In this document: positions 10,515 to 20,000 of the stretch, piece by piece
How the letters are laid out: each line of letters begins with the position of its first letter
How positions within the stretch are numbered: position 1 is the first letter of the stretch
Origin: Mesotaenium endlicherianum
Lineage: Eukaryota
DNA: 20,000 nucleotides
Direction: 5' to 3'
NCBI GenBank assembly: GCA_009602735.1
Contig: WELA01001939.1
Span: 545,392-565,391, forward strand
Notes under the pieces: generated by a model
What the model was told of the DNA's origin: nothing
The model's database searches: none
What the model saw: the letters and a program-made list of their open reading frames with translations, nothing else
Translations under genes and position numbers: made by a program

Positions 10515-13500
10515 CATTCTCTTTCATGTTCACAAATATTGAGAGAATGTGGGCGTGAGAAGGCGAGGGTTGGAGTGCAAGGAGCTATGGCCATGCTGGT
10601 CATGGCTTCCTTGAAATTTAATTGGAATTGGAGGGAGGCTGGGAGAGGGTTGGGGTTTGTGTTGCTGTTCTGTCTGCGACAAACACGCAGATGTCGTTTC
10701 GCGCAAAAATCGCGTGCCCTCTCGAATAGTGAAACCATCTCCAGGTACCACCGCATGGCAGATCGAAGTAGACGCAAGTTAGTAGCATAGCATACACAAG
10801 TGTTCTCGAGCGCGCCTGCGCACGGCTGAGCACGCCTGTACTTGCCTGTGCACGCTGTGCACGCCTTTCCACGCCGGTGCACTTTTATGAAAGGGGGGTG
10901 GCAATCGGATGCCGAATGATTTTCTTTTTTCCACTTGTCCGACATTCCGCGTTGATTGCTCTTAAAAAGGGGACAAAAGCAGACCAGGGCATGCCAAAAT
11001 ATACGCGAATGTATGGAGGAAATCGCGCAAACGACTATGTATCTGCAAGTTGTCAGTACTTGCCAAGTGCTGACCTCACTGGACGACCGATACATTTGCA
11101 GTACAGTTGGCTACATCTGATTGATATTTGACAGAACTTCACAGGTGTCATGCAAGGCCAAATCTTGGTCAAGGCTCGTTGGCGCTGATTTAGACCGATT
11201 ACGACAGGTTTGGCTGGACTTGAAGAGAAATCGGCAAATTATCTACCTACTGACAATATTGACCAAAAATGCCGTGGGCTGGACGTGAGTGACCCTGAGC
11301 CTCAGGTCGTTGCTTTCGGCAGCTCGAATATCGGTTGCCTGCAATGCCTGGTCGAATTTGGCCAGAGTGGACGAGCGTTGAGTCCAAACAGAAAGTAAAG
11401 TAGAGCCCGTATATGGAGCGGAATAAAAAACGGCAGCCCCTAAAGAGATGACTACTACCTGCCCGCAGCAAATTAAGGGGTTTCGCAATAACACGGATTT
11501 TTTTTACTTCTCAATATTTGTCAAGAATATACATATGCTCATATTAAGCGTATCGATTCTAGAAGAGTTGGTCGGGTTGATTAACAACCTCCTCTTATCC
11601 ACGATAAAATGTTCAATTTCCATGATGAAATGTTACTGTCTCAACAGACCTATTTTTTCGCCTCCCGCGTGTCCCGCGTGTGACGACGCAGTCCGTTGCC
11701 GTGAGATGCCCACATGCTTCTTTCTTCCTTTAGTTCCATTACGCTCCATAATCCAGGGAAGGCTTCTTGAACTGCATGAGACGAGCGCTGCCATTTGGCA
11801 GGAAGAGTAGTAGCTGGTCTAGCATGTTACAGTGGTGGCAAAAGAAGGTGATGTGCTAAATCTATTATTGTGTATGCCCGTTGAGGTCGAGTGTGCGACA
11901 GGAGTGTTCGTTTGATAAACGGAAGACTCTTCTTGCAAAATGACCGCGGCCACTCTTGTGCGGCCTGCACCTTCACTCCCCCTCGGAAATTGTCACAGAG
12001 AGACACTGAAATGGAGGATAGACGTCGAGGACAATGCTTCAGAGATTGAAGACGTAGATCTTGCAGCAATCTCTGCAACCGATGCACTTGAAGTAAGTCC
12101 TTGCCTGCTCAAAATTCCTCGCAGACTAAGAAGTGTGCAATGCACATCTGTTTTCTTGTCGTCGAACATGTGTACCAAATGTCTTATCAAGAGGCATGAA
12201 AAATGGAGGTCTCCAAGTAGTGGAGACGTTTAGGGGCTGCTCTTGATTGCTATACCTTTCTTTTATTGCATGAGTATTATGGTTGTTGTCTTGCTCAAGG
12301 AATAAAGGAAGTGTGGGCCTTCTTATGGGGACCACTAGCTCGTAAACAAAAAAATGGAGGAACCTTAGTATGTGGTTATGTGCTTACCTTGGTCACTTGT
12401 TTTTTATAGAGAGACCAAGATAAAAACGAGGAAGAGGCCCAGGACGTGGAGAGATCCCTCTTCTGTGAAGAATCAATACCAGTGGACAGTACGTCTTCCT
12501 TGGCGTCATTGAAGCAGGTACCTTCACCTTTGCCTGGATTGATATGATCAGACCTTCCCACCAGGTCTGCTCGATTCCTTATTGAAGAGGTGAGTTCAGC
12601 GTCCTCATAAAAATATTTGGTGTTCTTTCTGCGTTTTAGTTAGTTGCTGGTCCCAAAATTGACATGAATAAAACTTGGAGGTCCTTTTCACACAGAGATG
12701 GCAGAGGCTGGACATTTTGAGTAGCACCAGTCATAGGCTCGTGTACATTTTACCGTTTCGTTCTTACCCTGCAGCTCCCTGGGCTGACCAGTTATTCTTG
12801 CCGCTGAAAGTTACGAGCGATCAAACAGCACGCTTCCAGCTACTAACACCAGCCTGAGAGCATCACCAAAAACGAAAGGTGAACAAAGTTTTTCTCATTT
12901 TTACCCCAGAGGCACTACCTAGGCCGACATGTGGCGTGTAGTCCAGGCCTGATGACATGTGCCAGAGAGAGAGCATCGATAGGTCTGCTCCAGAGGGAGC
13001 CCTACAGAGGGTGAGTCTGAAAGCTGAGAATGGCAGCTTCGCATGATTGTTCTTGTGAAGTCCGACTGCACCTCTGACTGAATGCATTACTGACTTAGTG
13101 CTGGTGCGCTAGCTTGAGTGACATCAGCGAAGAATGATGCGTGTTGTATCTGTTGCATGCATTCATATTTATTTATTCATGTAACGTCATGTGTCATGTC
13201 AGTGTATAATGTCAGATATCTGTGTATCCATGTGTGCTTGTACATCCATACGCATCTATATTCACACATGAGATGCTACCACCAACTGGCAATGCATGTA
13301 GAAACATCCGACCTCGCCTTTTCTTCCGATGTCAAGAAGCTTCTTCCTCAAAGTCATTCAGCCTTGAGAGGAGAGTCTAGCAGGAGGTTCTCTCTCACAT
13401 GAGTCTCGAGGAAGATTTAAGGATTATTTGACAAAGTGAGTCTCCGAGGAGAGTCTTCACGATTTCTTGTGCCTGTCTCTTGAGAGATATTTCCTCAAGA

Positions 13501-13673
13501 TTCTCCGCAATCTCTCTCGGCCTTCTTATTCATGGCTCCCGCCAGAGGTCTCTCCGTCTCGCTCAAGGCCTCCAAACAAGATTTCCTCGGTCGTGTTCGT
13601 TGGGACTCTTTCTCGTCAACGACCTCATGGGACTTCAGAAGCTTTCACAGAACTTCCTGGGAAGCTTCTTCGC

Positions 13674-13698
13674 CCCAGCCCAGCCCAGCCCAGCCCAG
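13674..13698 (+). repeat. (CCCAG)5 microsatellite next to the poly-C-flanked assembly gap 13726-13871
   Basis: Read directly from the sequence. Confidence 0.8.
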
Positions 13699-13999
13699 CT
13701 TATTTAGCCCGGCAGCCCCCCCCCCNNNNNNNNNNNNNNNNNNNNNNNNNNNNNNNNNNNNNNNNNNNNNNNNNNNNNNNNNNNNNNNNNNNNNNNNNNN
13801 NNNNNNNNNNNNNNNNNNNNNNNNNNNNNNNNNNNNNNNNNNNNNNNNNNNNNNNNNNNNNNNNNNNNNNNCCCCCCCCCCCCCATCCTGCTCACATTGA
13901 CCTCTGGATACTTTCTGCTGATCTCTTGTGCATTCTAACACGCTACCCATGTGGATGCACGCTGCGCTCCCTCTTTCTCTCTCTTCTCTCGCATCACAG

Positions 14000-16689
14000 A
14001 CAGGGAGCGACGACCTCTCCCAGCCCCAGCGTCTTCAGGAGGCAGAGGACGCAAAGGCAAAGGCAGGTGGCGATGCTGGCGATTCCCCAGAGGGAGGAGG
14101 TGCCCCAGGATCTCCGGAGCCGTCGAGCTTGTGCACCTCCTCCAAGTCACTTTCCTCGTCGTCGTCGTCGTCCTCCCTCGCCTTCCCCATCTCCCCCGAC
14201 AACCCCATCTTGCGCGTCGCCTCCCCCCTCCTCGAGGGCAGGGGCAAGAGCGGAGGCTCCTCTCCTTCTTCCTCTTCTTCTGAAGCTACAAACCATGGCG
14301 AGAGCGAAGACCAAGGTCCAAGTCAAGAACCGGCTCAGGCTCAGGCTCAGGCTCAGGCTGAGGGAGAACAGACGCTTCTGGCTGCGCCGCAACTGGACGA
14401 GGGGAGCTTTGACTTCGACCTGCATGCCAAAGAGGTGGCAGCACTCCAGGTGGCGCTCAAATCCGCCAGGCTGCGGGCGGCCAACACCAAGGCTGAGCAG
14501 GAAACCAAGTCACAGGAAGTCATGAGGCTCCAGGTGGCGCTCAGGGATGCCAGGGTCAGGGTCATGCCGGGGGGGGCAACGCCGCCGTTGATGGTACCTG
14601 CAGCGCACCCTTCAGGCCCCGGGGGCAGTAGCCGAGAGCAGCTCAGCCCCCCCTTCCACAGCCCGCAGCACTTCCGGGAGGGAACGCTAGCCGTCCGTCG
14701 CAGCTGGCCCGACCTGGCGACTGGCGGCGGCGGGTCTCCCCACCTGAGGAGTGGGGACCATCACCACCACCACTTGCTGCACAGCCTGCCATCTGGCCTG
14801 CCGCGCAGCCCCTCCTCCACGCCATCCTTTGCAGCCACTTCGACATACGGCGAGACCTCGGCCCTCGCGCAGCCGCAGGCGCAGGCGCAGCCGCCTCACC
14901 GTCACCATCATCAGCCTCCCTCGGCCGCCACTGCCCTCTACTCTCCCGGACGCCCTTCCAGGAACGGCAGCGCTGAACAGGCGGCAGCGGCAGCCCGTCG
15001 GTTCTCCGGCACGCCCCCAGCCCCAGGGCGGTTTGAGGGGGGCTCGTACCCCCCTGTCTCTCCCAGCAGGCCCGGGTCATCGCCGACGTCTTCTCCCAGT
15101 GCCGCCAACACCAGCCCCCCCCCCGGCACTACCACCACGACGCTCTTTGCCTATTCCAATGGCAGCTCTCCCACGGCGCAAGGTCAAGGCAGCAGGTACA
15201 GTCCTACAGCTGGCGGCGGCAACAGGGCTCAGCACCACCTCCACCACCACCACCAGGAGGGGCCCTCGGACCATGTGGGGGGTGGACACGTATCGCCAGG
15301 CCACGGGGCGGGCAGAAGCAGCAGCAGCAGCAGCATGCAGCCGTACATTCCCAGCAGCAGCTTCATGAGCACTGGGCACTACCCCGTGCCGCCAGGTGGC
15401 GGCCAGAGGCAGCGCCCCAGCAAGCTCCTTGTGCCAGTCTATGGTGGGGGCCAGCAGCAGGAGCCGCCACCTGAGAAAGCCCCCTCCCTGCAGGGGAGCT
15501 CCGGCGTTGACCCCAGCATTGACCCCAGCGTGGACACTGGGTTGACCCAGGCCTCCCTTCCGGTCTCCGTGATGCCCACTGGCCACGGCCTGGTGGCTTT
15601 CGGCAACGGTAGTCATCACGCAGGATCTCCCCCCCCTCCTCCTGCCCCTGCTGCCCACTCTCCTCAATCCCCATCATTCCGGCCGCCGCCAGCTGGCGCG
15701 CTGACTCGTCCTCCCCCAAGAAGATCGCTTCAGCAGCTGTTTGCTGAAGGGGGTGGCAGCGGAGATGCCGGCCCGGCTGCTGGAGCTGGCGGCATGCTCC
15801 CCTGCTCTCCCCCCTCTCCCGGTTTCGGGCCCCCCTCACCATCATCTCCCCTCCCCTTGCTCTCCCGCTCTCGCCTGGCGCACCACCGCAGCCTCCCCGG
15901 GAGGCTGTCGGCAGTCGACAGCTGGACGCCCCCGATGCCACCTGGCTCGATGTACAACTCCTCTGCCGCGCCGAGGACGCCCAATGGGCGGCTGGTGCAC
16001 TCTGTGTCTCAGAGCCCGCTGTCGCCATTTGACGCCGCCGCGGTGGCGGCCAGCCCCCCCCCCTCGCACAGCATGCCCGGCACGCCCAAGGACTTCGCCG
16101 GCCTGGCGGAGCCCGGGTCGCCCACGAGGTCCACCGCCGCCCACTCCACTGCCGACATGACGTCGGTGGCGGGGCACTCCGTCGCCGGCTCCGCCATCTC
16201 GCACCTCACGCAGTCGCGCATCAAGGCGTGGTCGTCCGACCGCAACGGCGCCGAGGGGGCGCCAGGCGGCAATGGTGCTAGAGGCGGCCTCGGCCGCTCG
16301 CCTCCACAGGCCCGCGTCGCAGGCGGCCATACGGGCAACAGCAACGGCAGCAGTGGCGGCAGTGGCACAATGGTCCTTCACGGCGGCGCCAGCAGTGGAG
16401 AGGGCGAGGTTGAGGGCGGCAGCGCCGCCGGCGTCGTGGACCTGCAGGAATTTAGCCGGCTGGTGGCAGAAATGCGCGGCGGCGGCGAGCAGGTGCGCAA
16501 GCTGAAGACGCAGACGCAGCTGCTGGTGGGCTGGTACCAGGAGGCACGCGCGGCAGCGGACGAGCGCAGCTGGCGCGCGCTCGAGGCCTCCCTGCGCGCC
16601 GACTACGCGGACCAGCGCGCGCAGCGCCGCCAGCGCGAGCTCCGCGAGCTCGACGCCGAGCTCTCGGGCCTCAAGGACAGGCTTGCCGG
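14000..16689 (+). CDS. Large exon of a myosin-XI-tail-like gene: short coiled coil, long S/P/G/H-rich disordered region, start of coiled-coil module 1
   Basis: Open GC-rich frame within ORF 13928-17080. Preceded by a pyrimidine tract and CAG (13997-13999; alternative acceptor 14003). Ends at GG|GTACGT (phase 2), followed by a C/T-rich intron. Confidence 0.72.
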
Positions 16690-17149
16690 GTACGTGCCTA
16701 GTGCTCCTGTCTCCTCTCCTTTTTTGACCTCCTATTACACCTCTCCCCTCTCCTCCCTTTCTCCCGCAGTCCACGCCTCCATCCTGTCCCCCTCTGCCTC
16801 TCCTCCTCCACGTTTCCCTCCTCCCTTTTCCTTCTCCTCCCCTCCGATTCTCCCAGTTCTCCCCCTCCGGCTCCCCCTCCCGCTTTCCCTCTCCCTTGCC
16901 CCCCCCCCTTCCCCCTCCCCCTCTCTTTCCGTCTTCTTCCCAAAGTTTGCATTTCTCTTTCTGCATAGAAGGGAAATGGAGAGAGGGAGCGAGGGGGGGG
17001 NGCTGTTGTCGTGGTGCCCGGGGTCAACGGCGGTGGCACACTTTCGCTGGAAAAAAAACATGTCCCGAACATGTTCATGACGCACTGACTTCGCGAGACA
17101 TTACATTGTGCGTGCGTGGACGGTGGCGGGGGGCACCGGGGCACACCAG

Positions 17150-17282
17150 GATGGAGATGCTGGAGCTGGAGAATCGCGCGCTGCACCAGCGCGTCATGGC
17201 GCTCGTCACCCACCGCGGCCCCAAGCTGCTCATTGAGAGCGCCAGCTCAGCTCCCCGCCTGGGCCTCCCCGACAAGCTGCCG
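17150..17282 (+). CDS. Exon (G)MEMLELENRALHQRVMALVTHRGPKLLIESASSAPRLGLPDKLP
   Basis: CAG acceptor, phase 2 compatible with the previous exon, donor CCG|GTACGC. Resembles the myosin XI coiled-coil end LESENQVLRQQ. Confidence 0.72.
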
Positions 17283-17483
17283 GTACGCTTCATGCATGCA
17301 CTTTGCGTGCGGGACCAGTGCTCGGCCAGATTTCTGCATGTAGCTGCCAGTCCCTAGCACTGCCCAAGAGACGCCGCCAGCACACAACCCCCTCTGAGTA
17401 CGCACCTCTGAGCGAGAGGCTGAGCCTGTGTGCATGTTTGCGCGCGCGCGCGCGTGTGTGCTTCGTGGACGTGCGTGCTGCAG

Positions 17484-17899
17484 GGCTCGTCCACGCGCTC
17501 CCCCGGCAAGCAGCAGCAGCAGCAGCACGACCAGCACCACCACCAGCACTACCACCAACTGGCGGCGCCTGGGGACACCTGGCAGCAGTCGCCATCGTCA
17601 CCAACGCAGCTGCAGGACGGCGCCCGGGCAGCGGCCCCAGGCGGCGGCGACGTGGAGGCCCTGAGCCAGTGGATGCGCGAGGTGGCGCAGGAGGGGGGCC
17701 ACGTGGAGAAGCTGCGGAAGCTGAATAAGCTGCTGCAGGGGTGGTACGCCGAGGCCAACGCACGTGCGCACGACGGCATCACGCTGGCCAAGGAGGAGGA
17801 GCAGCGCGCGCGCGAGGCGCACGAGGTGGGCGCCGTGGCCTGCCAGCTGGTGCACGAGCTCGAGGGCAAGCTGGCGCACATGCAGCGCTGCGTCGCCAG
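17484..17899 (+). CDS. Exon encoding a Q/H-rich linker and coiled-coil module 2
   Basis: TGCAG acceptor (phase 0) and donor AG|GTCAGC (phase 2). Peptide GSSTRSPGKQQQ...LLQGWYAEANARA...HMQRCVA. Confidence 0.75.
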
Positions 17900-18401
17900 G
17901 TCAGCGCGCTCTTGCTCCCGCTCTCGCTCTCTTTCTCTTTCTTTCCCACGCCCGCCTTTATCTTGTTCTTTCTCCAGCTTTACCTGCACGTTGTGTGTAA
18001 TGTGCATAACTCGTGAGTGTGTCTCTCTCTGTCCGTCTGTTGGCCTGTCCGTGTCTTCCCTTTTCTCCTCACCGCGTGCGTGCGTGTGTGCGTGCATGTA
18101 TGTGTGTGTGTATATGCGCGTGTAAGTGCGCCCGCATAGGGCTTGGTGAGCATGCCTGGTTAGAAGCTCTCTGCACGCCTGGTTGGATGCATCAGGAGCA
18201 GCAGTACCTCCTCACTGCCTGTTCGATAGTTGCACGCGCTCGGTTTCTTGGCCGGTGGCTGCTGCTGCTGCTTCTGCTGCTGCTGCTGCTGTCGACGGCC
18301 TCTGCTGACTGGGAAGCTGCTGTGTGGCGCTCTGCCATTGGCTGCGGTAGAATAGGGGGCTCATGAGGGCGGGGCGGTTGTGTGGCTGGAGCAATGTGCA
18401 G

Positions 18402-18498
18402 GCGGCAGAACCTGGAGCACATCAACAAGGAGCTCCACCAGAAGGTTGCGGCAATGACAGCTGGCGGCGCGCACGTGGTGCCCCTCGAGCAGCAACAG
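18402..18498 (+). CDS. Exon (R)RQNLEHINKELHQKVAAMTAGGAHVVPLEQQQ
   Basis: TGCAG acceptor (phase 2) and donor CAG|GTGTGT (phase 0). Paralogous to exon 17150-17282. This frame is not in the ORF track. Confidence 0.72.
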
Positions 18499-18602
18499 GT
18501 GTGTGTGCCTCTGTGTGTGCCTGCCTGTGTGCGTGCACAAGTGTGCATGTAGGCCGTGTACGCGCGTGCGTCCTTGTACATTTGTGTGCGCGCCGTGGGT
18601 GC

Positions 18603-18628
18603 TGTGTGTGTGTGTGTGTGTGTGTGTG
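18603..18628 (+). repeat. (TG)13 intronic microsatellite
   Basis: Read directly from the sequence. Confidence 0.9.
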
Positions 18629-19321
18629 CCTCTGTGTGTGTAAGTGCTCTCGTTCCTGGTAGGCCCCTTCTGCGAGTCATCTACCCTGTAGAGCGTGCCG
18701 CTTGTCCAGGGCAAGGAGTCTGCAGGGATGGCTCTCGTGGAGGTAGCGATCCTGTGCATGTTCAAGAAACAGCAGTAGATCTTTCACTTCTGCTATTGTT
18801 GTTGCTGCTGTTGTTGTTGCTTATGGAAACTGTGCGCACCTTGGGATGCACAACCGAACAGGTGGACACGCTGCTGCTGCAGTTGTTCTGGCTGCAGCAG
18901 CAACCACCACGGCTGCAGCAGCAGCCGGTGGTGGACAAGCAAGCAGCAGGCGGGGGAGACAGCCCCCTTGAGCTGAAGTGGCTCGCTTGTGGGCTCTCCG
19001 GTTTCTGTATGCAGCCGCCCTCGCGTGTATGAGCTACCACCGGGTTAGGGTGTGCCTCTTCAGTCCGCTCCCCACTCCCTGTCTCATCCGGGGGAAAAAG
19101 CGAGGCTTGCGTCGGCGTAGCTGCCCCTGCCAAGGAAACCCGCCCTTTTGCTGACCAACGCCCCCCTTGTTTCCTTTTTTTGTTTTGTTTTCCTTCCTCG
19201 CCTCGCTCATTGCGCGTCCGCGCCCCCTTGAACGCCCGCGCGCTCGCGCCACCCAACACGTGCGACGAAAACGACATTGCGACATCGCAACTCCGACGCG
19301 CTGGGCACGCCCGACGAGCAG

Positions 19322-19543
19322 GAGGCGCTGCTGCGCTGCCTGGGCAGCAACCTGGGGTTCGACAAGGGCCGCCCCGTGGCTGCGTGCGCCGTGTACAAGT
19401 GCATGGTGCACTGGAACGTGGTGCAGGCGCAGCGCAGCTCCATCTACGACCGCGTCGTGGACGCCGTGCTGGCGGAGAGCCGCGAGGCCAGTGCGCCCAC
19501 GCTCTGCTACTGGCTTGCCAACGCCGCCACACTGCACTTCCTT
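19322..19543 (+). CDS. Exon encoding the start of a myosin XI-type globular cargo-binding tail (Dilute-domain region)
   Basis: Manual translation gives EALLRCLGSNLGFDKGRPVAACAVYKCMVHWNVVQAQRSSIYDRVVDAVLAESREASAPTLCYWLANAATLHFL, matching the plant myosin XI pattern LLxxCxxxxLGFxxGRPVAACxxYKCLLHW...RTSxFDRII...LAYWLSNAxTL. CAG acceptor and CTT|GTGCGT donor. The gene continues beyond the window. Confidence 0.88.
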
Positions 19544-19864
19544 GTGCGTTGCCGCCGCCCTTGCCACTACTGCCTCTGCTGCTGCCTTTGTCTCCGCTGC
19601 CACTGCATCTGTCTGCCTCTGCCTCGGCTGTCAATGCTGCTGGTGATGTTATCTTCAATGCTTCCGCTGATGTTGCTGCTGGTGTTATTGCCCGCTGCCT
19701 CTGCCACTGCCTCTGCCAATGTCGCAAGTGCTGCCGCTGCCGCTGCTGCTGCCGCCGCTGCTGCTTCTGTTTTTGCCTCTGCCTCTGCCTCTGCTTCATT
19801 GCTGCCGCTGCTGTGGGTGTGCCGTTGCTGTTGTTATCCACCTCCTTCTCCACTACTTTGCTTC

Positions 19865-19867
<3 letters not shown>

Positions 19868-19900
<33 letters not shown>
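19868..19900 (+). repeat. (CA)16 intronic microsatellite
   Basis: Read directly from the sequence. Confidence 0.9.
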
Positions 19901-19903
<3 letters not shown>

Positions 19904-20000
19904 GGGGCAGCCCATAGTGTGCGTGTGCAAGGCAGGAGACAGACGACGCCTTTTCCCCGCCACTCCCCAGCCTGCCTGTCCCTTACATATGCCCCCCCCC

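Noticed and set aside
10513..10551. 10-bp inverted repeat CACATTCTCT/AGAGAATGTG at the LTR border
   Set aside because: Two bases come from the LTR end, and the remaining 8 bp are compatible with chance.
10502..11810. ORFs of 197 aa and shorter to the right of the LTR
   Set aside because: No recognisable motifs or coding-like composition.
13366..13660. Degenerate GAGTCTC/TCTCTC-rich stretch as a MITE or repeat
   Set aside because: No definable period, terminal inverted repeats or TSD found.
16690..17080. C-terminal P/S/L/F-rich part of the 1050-aa ORF
   Set aside because: Read-through into a pyrimidine-rich intron after the donor at 16690.
18862..18980. Possible extra exon VDTLLLQLFWLQQQPP...
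   Set aside because: No convincing donor. Direct splicing 18498 to 19322 is in phase and gives a myosin XI-like EQQQ|E junction.
18762..19917. Long ORFs 18762-19898 (-) and 19180-19917 (+)
   Set aside because: Produced by GC-rich trinucleotide and dinucleotide repeats and shadow frames of the true tail exon.

Overview
Eukaryotic genomic DNA, probably a streptophyte green alga or early-diverging plant (inferred from the tRNAiMet-primed chromovirus and a myosin-XI-like tail gene). Bases 1-10514 hold a minus-strand tandem array of one Ty3/gypsy chromovirus LTR retrotransposon family. One copy has intact reading frames (LTR 9313-10514, PBS, gag, -1 frameshift, pol with chromodomain, PPT, LTR 3211-3713). 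A second, damaged copy (1-3210) shares the middle LTR and runs off the window. Two unrelated ~0.7 kb TG...CA inserts with perfect 5-bp TSDs (solo LTRs) are nested in the array, one exactly at the centre of a hairpin. Bases 10515-13725 are largely unassigned. From ~14000 to past the window end, a GC-rich plus-strand multi-exon gene encodes a ~900-aa S/P/G/H-rich low-complexity region, a tandemly duplicated coiled-coil module with conserved intron position, and the start of a myosin XI-type globular (cargo-binding) tail. No motor or IQ exons are visible in the window.
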